A DNA stretch of 64,000 nt from a bacterium (GCA_965204535.1 OZ241996.1:448001-512000); one strand, 5' to 3'. Counted from the stretch's first letter, positions 49,162-58,889 are shown. The notes: generated from the sequence alone by a model not told the origin. Numbers and translations: made by a program.

Positions 49162-50232
49162 TCAGGCGGGGAGGCTGAACCAGATGTGGATGACGCCTTC
49201 GTCATACGATGCGCCCACTTCGCCGCCATGCGCCTCGACGAGAGCTCTCGCTATCGCCAGCCCGATGCCCGCACCCTCGCTTTCGCGTGAACGCGATTTG
49301 TCCGCGCGGTAGAACCTCTCGAAGATGAGGCCGACGTCTTCCTCCGGGAATTCCGCGCAGGTATTTGAAAAAATGAAACTTACCATATCTTTTTCCTTGG
49401 CCGCATCCGCGCGGACGCGGAACGCACCTCCCTCGGGCGTGTACCGCCATGCGTTCTGGACGATGTTTCCAATGGCCTGAACAATTTTGTCCTTGTCCGC
49501 CTGAACGAGGGGGACGTCACCGCCGAAATCCACGGTCACACCGATATTTTTGGATTCGAAATCGTGCCGATAGAGTTCGATGACGCGCTCGATCAGATGG
49601 GGCAAATGAATTTCTTCTCGTCTCAAGTAGACCTTTGCGGCCTCGGCCCGGGTGAGTTGTTGAAAGTCCTGGACCAGGCGCACGAGGCGCACGATTTCCT
49701 CCTTCAACATGGAGAACGTTTCTTTGGCGGGCGGGATGACGCCTTCGATCAGACCTTCGAGGTAGCCTCGCACCGTAGTGAGCGGGGTTCTCAACTCATG
49801 GGCGATATCCACCAGCATGGTTCTTCTCAAGTTCTCGATTTTCTCCAGGTTATCGGCCATATGGTTGAACATCTTCCCGCACTCACCGACCTCGTCTTTC
49901 GATGTAATATCCGCGCGGGCGGTGAAATCGCCCAGCGATACTTTCCGGGATACTTCCGCCATCGCGTACAACGGGCGCAACACCCTTCGTGTGAGGAAGA
50001 AACTCAGGGCGACGGCCATGATCATGGTAAATATGCTCGCGTTGATGATGTAGCGATGCACGGCGTCCAGGAACATCCGGTGCGTTTCCGTTGGCGAGAT
50101 GTTGTATTTGCGCATCAGGGCGGCGAAGTAATCGGCGGCGAGGAAATCGATCGACAGCCAGACAACCAAAGTGACCAGCACGATGACCGGAAGGTTGATG
50201 GCCAGGAGTTTCCAGAGCAGGCGACTCTTCAT
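49162..50232 (-). CDS. HAMP sensor histidine kinase (BaeS-like)
   Basis: Two TMs, HAMP, DIAHELRTPL, FERFYRAD..GAGIGLAI. Confidence 0.92.
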   Translation of the reverse strand: MKSRLLWKLLAINLPVIVLVTLVVWLSIDFLAADYFAALMRKYNISPTETHRMFLDAVHRYIINASIFTMIMAVALSFFLTRRVLRPLYAMAEVSRKVSLGDFTARADITSKDEVGECGKMFNHMADNLEKIENLRRTMLVDIAHELRTPLTTVRGYLEGLIEGVIPPAKETFSMLKEEIVRLVRLVQDFQQLTRAEAAKVYLRREEIHLPHLIERVIELYRHDFESKNIGVTVDFGGDVPLVQADKDKIVQAIGNIVQNAWRYTPEGGAFRVRADAAKEKDMVSFIFSNTCAEFPEEDVGLIFERFYRADKSRSRESEGAGIGLAIARALVEAHGGEVGASYDEGVIHIWFSLPA

Positions 50233-50233
50233 G

Positions 50234-50944
50234 CTAATGACCTCCTTGTTCTTCCGTTTCTGCAAAACGATATCCCACGCCGCGCACGGTGAGGATAAGG
50301 CGGGGATTGGTGGGGTCGCCCTCGATTTTTCGGCGGAGTTTTCCGATGTGGACGTCCACTACTCTGGCGACCACAGCGTCCGAAGTATCGTAGAGCCTGG
50401 TGAGTAGTTCGTGGCGGGAAAAAACGCGCCCGGGCGCGCTCATGAGCGTCAGGAGCAGCTTGTATTCCGAGGGGGTGAGCGCTATGGGTTCGCCGTTTCG
50501 GGTGAGTTTGTGTTTTTCGGGCTCGAGAATAAGGTTGCCGAAGGAGAGTTTCGTCTTCCGGAGCATGGGCGCGTTTTTGGTGCGCCTGAGGATGGCCTTG
50601 ACGCGCTCGATGAGTTCTCTCGGGCTGAAGGGCTTGACGACGTAATCATCAGCGCCCAGCGAGAAGCCGAAAAGCCTGTCGATCTCTCTCTCCTTGGCCG
50701 TGAGCATCAGGATGGGAACTTCGGACTCCTCCCGGAGCCGCCTGCACACCTCCCACCCGCTCATTTTCGGGAGCATCAGATCGAGCACGACGAAAACGGG
50801 CGTCCACTCGCGCGCCAGTTGCAGGGCCCGCTCCCCGTCATGGGCAATGATGGTGTGGAAACCTTCTTGGCGTAAAGACTTGTCGATGAGCGATGCGATG
50901 TTCTTCTCATCCTCGACGATGAGAATGGAATCTTCTTGGTTCAT
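50234..50944 (-). CDS. OmpR-family response regulator
   Basis: ILIVEDE, LDLMLP, GADDYVVKPFSPREL, TVRGVGYRF. Confidence 0.93.
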   Translation of the reverse strand: MNQEDSILIVEDEKNIASLIDKSLRQEGFHTIIAHDGERALQLAREWTPVFVVLDLMLPKMSGWEVCRRLREESEVPILMLTAKEREIDRLFGFSLGADDYVVKPFSPRELIERVKAILRRTKNAPMLRKTKLSFGNLILEPEKHKLTRNGEPIALTPSEYKLLLTLMSAPGRVFSRHELLTRLYDTSDAVVARVVDVHIGKLRRKIEGDPTNPRLILTVRGVGYRFAETEEQGGH

Positions 50945-51118
50945 GGAATTGTTTCTCCGCCTCAAGTGCCTGTTGAAATGTTATCAACATCGGCGGCGAT
51001 TCGACGTTAAGATTTTGTAAGGAATTTTTTAAGGGAGTCAAGAAAAAACGATACGGGGCGGGGTAAGGCGGGGTTCTCCTCTCTCCTCATGGTGCGGCGT
51101 GTGCGGCGCCGGTTCTTC

Positions 51119-52009
51119 TTATTCTTCCAGGCCCATCAGGCGGGCGGGGTTTCGCTGCACCATCCAGCGAATCTCCTCGTCCTCGAAGCCCAGGCGCAGC
51201 ATCGTGGCGATGAACATGCGCAGCATCTCCGTCGGCGGGGGATTGAGGTCGAGTTGCGCGTCGGTGCTCATCACGCATCGCTCGGGGCCGAGGACGCGTG
51301 CGGTTTCGGCCACTTTCACGGGGTCCAGGTCGCGCCACATGGGGAAGGCCGATATCCAGGTGAATTCGACGATGTAGCCCAGGTCCGCCACCTCGCGCAG
51401 TTGCGCCTCGCTCGCGTCGATGATGAAGATGATCGGGTGGGTGAAGATGAATTTTTTGACCCCGATCTCCTTCGCGCGCCTCGCCAGGGCAACGCCCTCC
51501 TCGGCGGACAAATGTCCCGTGGCCACGGCCACGTCCACGTCGCGGGCGATTTCGAGTATGGCGTCCGCCTCGGGGCGTATCGCGCCGTTTCCATCCAGAA
51601 CGGTCAGGCCCTGCGCGGGCGGGGGTTGGCTGTAGGCCTCCGCGATGCGCTTGCTGTAGGCCCCCACCTCGATGTCGTTCGCCGCGGAGTAGGTGGGCAT
51701 CCAGATGACCTTTACGCCGAGGCGCGCCGCGCTTTCCGCCGCGAAGGGCGAAAGCCCGCCCACGTTGGCGTTCAGCGTGATGGCCCCGAAGGCCGTGACG
51801 CCCGGATAGACCTCGTTCAGAATCCTGGCCTGGGCGATGGTGGGCCACAGGTGGCTCTTCATCACGAAGCCGCGCATGCCGACGTCGCGCGCGAGTTCCG
51901 CCCATTCGTGGTCCAGCACGCGCCCGGGTTCTTCCACGAATACCTGGGGGAAGATATGGGCGTGAACGTCGATGGCGCCTTCGAGAAGATCGTCCGCCTT
52001 GGTGCGCAT
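51119..52009 (-). CDS. Amidohydrolase-fold protein (DUF6282-like)
   Basis: IDVHAH, MKSH, WMPT, ATGHLS, THP, STD, NPARL. Confidence 0.75.
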   Translation of the reverse strand: MRTKADDLLEGAIDVHAHIFPQVFVEEPGRVLDHEWAELARDVGMRGFVMKSHLWPTIAQARILNEVYPGVTAFGAITLNANVGGLSPFAAESAARLGVKVIWMPTYSAANDIEVGAYSKRIAEAYSQPPPAQGLTVLDGNGAIRPEADAILEIARDVDVAVATGHLSAEEGVALARRAKEIGVKKFIFTHPIIFIIDASEAQLREVADLGYIVEFTWISAFPMWRDLDPVKVAETARVLGPERCVMSTDAQLDLNPPPTEMLRMFIATMLRLGFEDEEIRWMVQRNPARLMGLEE

Positions 52010-52180
52010 GAAGAAAAACCCTCCGGCTGCGAGTCGAAAAATCATCTGAAATCAAGAAAATCCATCATGCGTCATGAGGGGGCGGCGGGCAAGCCGGTTC
52101 CCGCCGCGCGATTCAGGTGATATTCTCCAATAAATGTTCTCATGACGAAAAAAGTGATTTCTCCCGGAAAAGGATTTCTC

Positions 52181-53311
52181 ATGCCCCCCACCCAGAGCAT
52201 CGGAACGCCGGTGCGTGAAATCGAAACGCCCGCCCTGATAGTCGACCTCGACGTCATGGAGGAGAACCTCGCCCTGATGGCGAAGCGCCTGGAGGGAACG
52301 GGCGTCAGGCTCCGCGCCCACGCCAAGACGCACAAGAGCCCCTGGCTCGCGAGAAAGCAGATGGCGCTCGGCGCGGTGGGGGTTTGCTGCCAGAAGGTGA
52401 GCGAGGCCGAGGTGATGGTGGAGGGCGGGGTCGGGAACGTGCTCGTGAGCAGCGAGGTCACGGCCGCCTCGAAGCTCAGGCGTCTGGCCGCGCTCGCGCG
52501 CCATGCGAACCTGATGGTGGTGGTGGATCACCCCCAGGGGGTGGCGATGCTCTCAGAAGCCGTGACGGCGGCGGGAGCGGAAATCGGCGTGCTCGTCGAC
52601 GTGGACGTGGGCCAGGGCCGCTGCGGTGTCGCTCCCGGAGAGGCGGCGGCAGAACTGGGCCGGCGCGTGGAAGCAGCGAGGGGACTCGAACTCAAGGGGA
52701 TTCAGGCCTACCACGGCAAGGCCCAGCACGTGGATGGATTTGCTGAGCGACGCGAGGTCTACGCAGACGCCATCGCCAGGATGCGCGAGACGGTGGACGC
52801 GTTCGAGGCCGCCGGGCTTCCGCTTGAGGTCAGGAGCGGCGGCGGCACGGGTTCATGGCGCTGGGATGCGGAATCGGGCGTGCTGAACGAGCTTCAGGCG
52901 GGGAGTTATTTGTTCATGGATTCCCACTACGGCAGCATCGGCGGCGAGAATTCCGAAATCTATGACGACTTCAAGCCGAGTCTTTTCGTGCTGACGACCG
53001 TGGTGAGCGCGACCGGCCCCGGCCACGTGGTGATGGACGCCGGCCACAAGGCGCTTTCCTCGGACAGCGGGCTGGCGCCCTGCCTCGAACTCGAGGGCGC
53101 CGTGCACGCGCGGGCTTCGGATGAGCACGGCGTACTGGAGCTGTCCCCGGCATCGAGGCGGCCCGAGATCGGCGAGACGCTCCTGTTCCAGCCCAGCCAC
53201 TGCGACCCGACCATCAACCTCTACGACGTCTACCACGGCGTCCGCGGCGGAATGGAGGAGGGTGTCCTGGAAGCCGTGATCCCCGTCGCCGCGCGCGGCT
53301 GCGTGTGGTAG
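52181..53311 (+). CDS. DSD1/D-threonine aldolase family PLP enzyme
   Basis: TPALIVDL, LRAHAKTHK, GGGTG, ELQAGSYLFMD, SDEHG, PSHCDPT. Confidence 0.9.
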   Translation: MPPTQSIGTPVREIETPALIVDLDVMEENLALMAKRLEGTGVRLRAHAKTHKSPWLARKQMALGAVGVCCQKVSEAEVMVEGGVGNVLVSSEVTAASKLRRLAALARHANLMVVVDHPQGVAMLSEAVTAAGAEIGVLVDVDVGQGRCGVAPGEAAAELGRRVEAARGLELKGIQAYHGKAQHVDGFAERREVYADAIARMRETVDAFEAAGLPLEVRSGGGTGSWRWDAESGVLNELQAGSYLFMDSHYGSIGGENSEIYDDFKPSLFVLTTVVSATGPGHVVMDAGHKALSSDSGLAPCLELEGAVHARASDEHGVLELSPASRRPEIGETLLFQPSHCDPTINLYDVYHGVRGGMEEGVLEAVIPVAARGCVW

Positions 53312-53351
53312 GTCAGCCCCGACTGAGAAAGGAGGGGCTGCCGACCGATGA

Positions 53352-53702
53352 GGGGCTGTTGAAAAACCCCGCGTCGGGGGTATTGTTTTTATCCCCTGGC
53401 AAGGGGCTGTTGAAAAACCCCCTGAGAGGGGAATGGCAACCCTCTGAAAGGGAAACCCCATAAAGGCAACCCCCCCTACCCCCCCTTGTCAGGGGGGTAT
53501 AAAAAGGCGATGCGCTACCGCCGAGTTGAGGGGGGTTTTGCTTTTTCTTGCCCCCCTGACAAGGGGGGGTAGGGGGGGTTGCCTTTGTCCCCTGACAAGG
53601 GGAATTAGGGGGTTGAACGCGACCACGGAGGGAGCGTTCGCTCCCTTGATAAAGGCTTTTTTGGCAACCCCGCATGTGTGGCGGACATATATGTCCGACC
53701 TG
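53352..53702. repeat. MITE-like element with a duplicated left end
   Basis: GGGGCTGTTGAAAAACCCC at 53352 and 53403; C/G-tract core; GGCTTTTTTGGCAACCCC end; CGGACATATATGTCCG. Confidence 0.85.
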
Positions 53703-53715
53703 CGAACCCAGGCCC

Positions 53716-54240
53716 TTACGAGGGCTTTCCGAACGTGGCCACCCTGTCCACGCGGCACTCGAAGAGCACGCGCTTCTCGTCGATGGCAGGGTCCCTGAGC
53801 GCATAGGGCGGGTCCGCGCCCGTGTATTTCGTCCAGATGCGGTCGAGCTGTTCGGTCGCCCGCTCGCCGCCCGGGCCGTCTTCGTGTATCTCGTTCACCA
53901 CCGTGCACTTGATGCTCATCCAGTGGTAGGGGTTTTCGGGGTTCACGAGGAGGATCGTGAGCTGCGGGTTGTTTCGTATCCATCCGCACTTGGGCCGGTG
54001 CGAGGCCGTGTTCACCAGAATGGTGTCGCCCTCGTAGTCGAACCACATGGGCGTCATGTTCACCCGTCCGTCGGGGCCGATGAGGCCCAGCGTGACCGTG
54101 ATCGGCTTGTCCAGCAAATCTCGATAGATGGGGTCCAGATCCGCCAGACCGCTCGCCTTCGCCCTCTCGCCTATGGCGAACTGGCCCTCCTGCAGACCCT
54201 CGGACACGTCCTTGAACTTGGCTACGGTGAATTCCGCCAT
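53716..54240 (-). CDS. PPOX-class (pyridoxamine 5'-phosphate oxidase-like) protein
   Basis: PDGRVNMTPMWF..VNT..K..NP..DPENPY-like (NPENPYHW) pattern. Confidence 0.75.
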   Translation of the reverse strand: MAEFTVAKFKDVSEGLQEGQFAIGERAKASGLADLDPIYRDLLDKPITVTLGLIGPDGRVNMTPMWFDYEGDTILVNTASHRPKCGWIRNNPQLTILLVNPENPYHWMSIKCTVVNEIHEDGPGGERATEQLDRIWTKYTGADPPYALRDPAIDEKRVLFECRVDRVATFGKPS

Positions 54241-54407
54241 TGCGCACGTCCTCCTGAAGCGTGAAAAAGTGATGAGTGGATTTCCCCGGATGCTAGCAGG
54301 GGGCGGGCGGCCCGGCAAGGGGAGGGACGGGTCGCCGTGCGCAGTTCTCCAGCCTTGCGCTATTCCTCTCCCTCACCATGTCGTTGCGTATGCCCACAAT
54401 TTGATGT

Positions 54408-54437
54408 AGGGTAGAAAGGAAATATTTTTTCTACCCT
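54408..54437. promoter_or_regulatory. vapBC operator palindrome
   Basis: AGGGTAGAAA-N10-TTTCTACCCT perfect 10-bp inverted repeat just before the antitoxin. Confidence 0.65.
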
Positions 54438-54448
54438 GGGGGCTGGCG

Positions 54449-54706
54449 ATGGGTCTCAATATTAAAAATGAGGAAACCTGTAAGCTCGCTGCTGATTTGG
54501 CCCGACTGACCGGCGAGACGATGACCGGCGCGATTACGGTTGCCCTGCAAGAACGTCTCGAACGCGAGAAAAGGCTGCGCGACGCAGACGTTCGCGCTCA
54601 AAAACTGCGCGCCATCGCGGAGCGCTGTGCGAAACTTTTGGACCCGGGGCCGCCCGCCGTAGAACATGGGGACATGCTCTACGACGAGCGGGGATTGCCC
54701 AGGTGA
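54449..54706 (+). CDS. vapB: VapB antitoxin (Rv0623-like)
   Basis: MGLNIKNEE..LARLTGETMTGAI..LYDERGLPR. Confidence 0.9.
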   Translation: MGLNIKNEETCKLAADLARLTGETMTGAITVALQERLEREKRLRDADVRAQKLRAIAERCAKLLDPGPPAVEHGDMLYDERGLPR

Positions 54707-55089
54707 TTGTCGATAGTTCGGCGCTCCTCGCCGTTCTCTACCGTGAGCAGGACGCGGAACGCTACGAGAAGGCCATCGCCTCGGCCGCGCACCCCCGCAT
54801 GTCGGTCGCCAATGTGCTGGAGACTTCCATCGTATTGGAAAGTCGCGGCGGCGCGGCGGCGGGAGACGAACTCGATTTGTTCCTGAGAGACGCCGGAATC
54901 GAATTGGTGCCCGTTGGTCTGGAACATTTGGAAGCGGCCCGGCGCGCCTGGCGGCGCTTCGGCAAGGGGAATCATCCGGCATCGCTGAATTTCGGAGATT
55001 GCTTCGCCTACGCGCTCGCCGACCTGATGGACGAGCCGCTGCTGTTCAAGGGCGAGGACTTCACCCGCACCGACATCGAGGCGGCGTGA
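54703..55089 (+). CDS. vapC: VapC PIN-domain toxin
   Basis: IVDSSALLA..LNFGDCFAYALA..LLFKGEDF; overlaps vapB. Confidence 0.92.
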   Translation: MIVDSSALLAVLYREQDAERYEKAIASAAHPRMSVANVLETSIVLESRGGAAAGDELDLFLRDAGIELVPVGLEHLEAARRAWRRFGKGNHPASLNFGDCFAYALADLMDEPLLFKGEDFTRTDIEAA

Positions 55090-55141
55090 GCGGAAAGAGA
55101 ATGTGGACCCGGGCGAATAGTGAAAGAAGTTGAATCCCCGC

Positions 55142-55187
55142 TTGCTTGATACCCATATCGGGCATTATAATTCCCATTATGGGTAAT
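55142..55187 (+). promoter_or_regulatory. Promoter with tandem operators for the HTH-MNT/HEPN module
   Basis: TTGCTT-N18-TATAAT overlapped by two imperfect palindromes (ATACCCATATCGGGCAT, ATTCCCATTATGGGTAAT); ATG 7 nt after the -10 suggests a leaderless mRNA. Confidence 0.5.
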
Positions 55188-55841
55188 TCGGCGGCATCAC
55201 ATCTCTCTCGCATGACTCGCCGCAGGGCGTCCGGACCCGATGCCGCATCCACAGGTCTCGCGGATGCGCTGTTCACCACCACCCAGCAGCGGCTCCTGGC
55301 GCTGCTGTTCGGCCAGCCCGGACGGAGCTTTTTCGCGAGCGAATTGATCCAATTAACAGGGTCCGGCTCCGGCGCCGTGCAGCGTGAACTCAAGCGCTTC
55401 GCATCCTGCGGGCTGGTGAGCGTCACCTCTATCGGCAGGCAGAAACATTACCAGGCCAATCCGGGTTGTCCGGTGTTCGAGGAGGTGAGCGGCATCGTGC
55501 GCAAGACGCTCGCCCTGGTGGAACCGATCCGGCGGGCGTTGGAGCCGCTCGCCGCTCGCATCGAGCTCGCCCTGGTGTACGGGTCGGTCGTCAAGGGGAC
55601 CGATACGGCGGGCAGCGACGTCGATCTGCTCCTCGTCGCCGACGGCGTGATGCTGGAGGAGGTTTACGACGCGCTCTCGCCGGTGGAGGCCGGCCTCGCC
55701 CGGCGGATCAGCCCCACGCTTTATACGTCCACGGAGTTCCATGAACGCAGAGCCGCCGGGAACTTTTTTCTGAAGAACGTGCTCGCCGGTGAGCACATCA
55801 TCCTCATCGGGAGCGAAGATGACGCATCCGCAACTCGATAA
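55179..55841 (+). CDS. HTH plus minimal nucleotidyltransferase (MNT) antitoxin
   Basis: LADALF..QQRLL..GSGAVQREL wHTH; YGSVVKG..SDVDLL NTase motif; start 55179 or 55212. Confidence 0.8.
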   Translation: MGNSAASHLSRMTRRRASGPDAASTGLADALFTTTQQRLLALLFGQPGRSFFASELIQLTGSGSGAVQRELKRFASCGLVSVTSIGRQKHYQANPGCPVFEEVSGIVRKTLALVEPIRRALEPLAARIELALVYGSVVKGTDTAGSDVDLLLVADGVMLEEVYDALSPVEAGLARRISPTLYTSTEFHERRAAGNFFLKNVLAGEHIILIGSEDDASATR

Positions 55842-56238
55842 CCTGGTGCGCATCGGCCGGCTCAAGAGCGAGCCGGTCGCCGATGAGGAAATCGAGGGTC
55901 TGGTCCGCTCGGGCGTTCGCCGTCTGAACGACGCCGAGCGCGAAAACTTAAGCCTGGAGAGCCGTTTCGATCTGGCCTACAACGCCGCCCATGCGCTGGC
56001 GCTCGCCGCGTTGCGCCTGCGAGGCTGTCGCTCCGATTCGCGCTATCTGGTTTTTCAATGCCTCCAGCACACCGTCGATTTGCCGCAGGCGCAGTGGCGC
56101 GTGCTGGACAACGCCCACCGCAAGCGCAACCTCGCCGAGTATGAGGGCGTGCTGGACGTAGGTGAGGAACTCATCGCCGCGTTGCTGCGGGTGTCACGGG
56201 AAGTGGAAAGGCGCTTGAGCGAAGGAATAAGGCCTTGA
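55819..56238 (+). CDS. HEPN-like toxin partner
   Basis: SRFDLAYNAAH..HRKRNLAEYEG; overlaps the MNT gene. Confidence 0.7.
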   Translation: MTHPQLDNLVRIGRLKSEPVADEEIEGLVRSGVRRLNDAERENLSLESRFDLAYNAAHALALAALRLRGCRSDSRYLVFQCLQHTVDLPQAQWRVLDNAHRKRNLAEYEGVLDVGEELIAALLRVSREVERRLSEGIRP

Positions 56239-56391
56239 AGCGGATTCATTTTGAATGCCCTGGAAAATCTTGATTCTCCGCTTTTCCTTTTACACTTATG
56301 GCGAAGTGACGACGAACGAGCGACGCCATGAGCGCTTATCGTGTGCTAGGATTCGCAAAGTCGAATTTCATCATAAGTGGAGGGCGGGTTC

Positions 56392-57315
56392 TTGAACCGC
56401 GTCGTATCGCTCCTGCCGAGCAGCACGGAGATCATCCACGCCTTAGGCTGCGGCGACCGCCTCGTGGGTCGCTCGCACGAGTGCGACTATCCCTCCGGAA
56501 TCACGGCGCTTCCCCCCTGCACCGCGCCCAAGTTCGACCCGAACGGCACGAGCCGCGAGATTGACGAGCGTGTGAAGGTGGTGCTGCAGGAAGCCGTCTC
56601 CGTCTATAGCGTCGACACCGCCCTGCTCGACGAACTCGCACCCGATCTGGTGGTCACCCAGTCCCAGTGTGAGTTGTGCGCCGTGAGCCTCAAGGATGTC
56701 GAAGCGGCCGTGCGCGAACTGGTGCGCTCGAAACCGGACGTTCTCTCGCTCGAGCCCAACGCGCTGGGAGACGTCTGGCGCGATGTCGCCTCGGTGGCGG
56801 CGGCGTTGGGAGTCCGCGAACGCGGTGACGCCCTGCTGGCGGAATTGCGTGAGCGGCTGGACGCCATCGCCGGGCGGTCGCGGGAGATGGGCCGCAGGCC
56901 GCGCATCGCCTGCATCGAGTGGTACGATCCGCTCATGGCGGCGGGCAACTGGGTGCCCGAACTCGTGGAGATCGCGGGCGGGGAGGACGTCTTGGGCGTC
57001 CGAGGCGAACACTCCGCATGGCTCGAATGGGCCAATTTAGAGGAAAGCAATCCTGAGTTCATCGTGCTCATGCCCTGTGGTTTCGACATCCCCCGCTCGC
57101 GCCGCGAGTTGGCAGCGCTCACAGAAAGGCCGGAGTGGGCGCGCCTCGAAGCTGCCCAAAGGGGAGAAGTGTTCGTCACGGACGGGAACCAGTTCTTCAA
57201 CCGCCCCGGACCCAGGCTGGTCGAATCCGCCGAGATACTGGCGGAGATTCTCCATCCCGACGCCTTCGCCTTCGGCCACGAGGGCGCGGGCTGGGAGCGT
57301 CTGGGCGCTGTTTGA
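56392..57315 (+). CDS. BtuF-like cobalamin/iron-binding protein (no signal peptide)
   Basis: RVVSLLPSSTEI..GRSHECDYP..TQSQC..AGNWVPE..FNRPGPRL; TTG start after GGAGGG. Confidence 0.8.
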   Translation: MNRVVSLLPSSTEIIHALGCGDRLVGRSHECDYPSGITALPPCTAPKFDPNGTSREIDERVKVVLQEAVSVYSVDTALLDELAPDLVVTQSQCELCAVSLKDVEAAVRELVRSKPDVLSLEPNALGDVWRDVASVAAALGVRERGDALLAELRERLDAIAGRSREMGRRPRIACIEWYDPLMAAGNWVPELVEIAGGEDVLGVRGEHSAWLEWANLEESNPEFIVLMPCGFDIPRSRRELAALTERPEWARLEAAQRGEVFVTDGNQFFNRPGPRLVESAEILAEILHPDAFAFGHEGAGWERLGAV

Positions 57316-57333
57316 TACCCACTGGAACCAATT

Positions 57334-58161
57334 ATGAACGAAGATAGTTGGGCGACTCTCCATGAGCGGGCATGCCGCAACGGTGAGGAATTCTACGTCG
57401 ACCCCGAGACGGGGTGGCGCGTCTTCACCGAGGTCGGGCTCAGGCGGCGCGGGAGTTGCTGCGGCAGCGGCTGCCGCCACTGTCCCTATGCGCACGAGGC
57501 GGTGCCGGTGGAAGAACGCCCCCGCCTCGCCCGCCGGTCCACCTGGATGACCGGCGTTCCGCCTCCCACCGGACCCGCCGACGCGCTCTTCTGGAGCGGC
57601 GGGAAGGACAGCTATCTCACCTGGCGGGCCTTGCGGCGCGAGGGTTTACGGCCAATCGTTCTGCTCACCACCTTCGATGCGGCGAGCCGGAAAATCGCGC
57701 ATCAGGAACTCGATATCGAACTGGTGGCGCGTCAGGCGGAACACCTGGGCGTCCCGCTGCTGGGCGTCCCCCTCCATCCGGGAGAGGCGTATGAGGCGCG
57801 CATCGCCGAGGCGGCCCGCATGGTTCCGCGCATCGCCCGCTTCGTCTTCGGTGACCTCCATCTCGAGCATATCCGCGATTGGCGCGTCGAGGCGTTTCGG
57901 GAATTGGCCGCCGATCTTGGCGCATCCCTCCACTTCCCGCTGTGGGGCGCGCCGTATGAGGCGCTGATGGACGACTTGGAAGCGAGCGGCGCGGTCTGTG
58001 AGGTATCGGCGGTGACCGAAGTTGCGTTAGGCGTCGTACAGGTCGGGCAGCGCTTCGACCGCGCGATGATGACGGGCCTGCCCGAGCGCATTGACCGGTT
58101 CGGCGAAAACGGGGAGTTTCACACCCTCGTCAAAGTCTGGGCGGGGGATGGGAGGCGTTAG
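57334..58161 (+). CDS. DUF5522 Cys-rich domain fused to a Dph6-like adenine nucleotide alpha-hydrolase
   Basis: YVDPETG..RGSCCGSGCRHCPY, then WSGGKDS PP-loop, FGDLHL, GENGEFHT. Confidence 0.8.
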   Translation: MNEDSWATLHERACRNGEEFYVDPETGWRVFTEVGLRRRGSCCGSGCRHCPYAHEAVPVEERPRLARRSTWMTGVPPPTGPADALFWSGGKDSYLTWRALRREGLRPIVLLTTFDAASRKIAHQELDIELVARQAEHLGVPLLGVPLHPGEAYEARIAEAARMVPRIARFVFGDLHLEHIRDWRVEAFRELAADLGASLHFPLWGAPYEALMDDLEASGAVCEVSAVTEVALGVVQVGQRFDRAMMTGLPERIDRFGENGEFHTLVKVWAGDGRR

Positions 58162-58162
58162 A

Positions 58163-58501
58163 CTAAGCCCCTGGCGGCGCGAGCCGTTCGAGTCGGGAAA
58201 TGAGTTGGGGGATGTCCTGTTGGACGGTTTCCCACACGCGCATCAGGTTGACGTTGAAATATCCATGCACAAGGCGGTTTCGCATACCAATGATTTCGGG
58301 CCATGGGATTTCAGGATGCGCCTCTTTGGCGTCAGGGCCGACATGGGAGGCGGCTTCTCCGACGATTTCTATGGCTTTCAGGATGGCGAGTTGCGCCATA
58401 CGGTTTTGTTTGAACTCCGCGAAGCTCGAACCGTCGGCGAACGCCGCCGCCTCGCGCGCCGCCTGCAGCATGTCGATCAGCCAGGCTTCTTCACGCCGCA
58501 T
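58163..58501 (-). CDS. HepT/DUF86 ribonuclease toxin
   Basis: IVGEAA..IPW..GMRNRLVHGYF (RX4H). Confidence 0.9.
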   Translation of the reverse strand: MRREEAWLIDMLQAAREAAAFADGSSFAEFKQNRMAQLAILKAIEIVGEAASHVGPDAKEAHPEIPWPEIIGMRNRLVHGYFNVNLMRVWETVQQDIPQLISRLERLAPPGA

Positions 58502-58805
58502 AAATCGTCTCGGTGGACTGGAGGATGGCTTCGCGGCGAATATGGTTACGGCTTTGTTCGATACCCGCGCGCTCGACGAGGTCCACATCGCGCCCGAAAA
58601 TCTTTTTAAGCTCCTCCTCCATGCGAACCATGTCGAAGAGGGTATGGCGCGCGCTTTCCTCAAAACTGACGAGGAAGTCGATGTCGCTATCGGGGCCGAA
58701 GTCTTCGCGCAGCGCCGAGCCGAAGACGTCGAGCTGCGTGACTTGCCAGCGTTCGCAAAAAGAGGTGATTTCCTCGCGCGATGCTTCAAGGTCGAAACGC
58801 ATCAT
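58491..58805 (-). CDS. MntA-type nucleotidyltransferase antitoxin
   Basis: FGSALREDFGPDSDIDFLV..GRDVDLV; C-terminal IYAA overlaps the toxin start. Confidence 0.9.
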   Translation of the reverse strand: MMRFDLEASREEITSFCERWQVTQLDVFGSALREDFGPDSDIDFLVSFEESARHTLFDMVRMEEELKKIFGRDVDLVERAGIEQSRNHIRREAILQSTETIYAA

Positions 58806-58889
58806 GAAACTCCCAGGAAACGGAGATTTCGGGCAACGCGTGCATTTTCTCATAATCCGCGCAGCGCGTCTTGTCTTACAATAGACCCT

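Noticed and set aside
56240-56391. Cobalamin riboswitch upstream of the BtuF-like gene
   Set aside because: No recognisable B12-box or GGGAA/ACTG core motifs; the region is short
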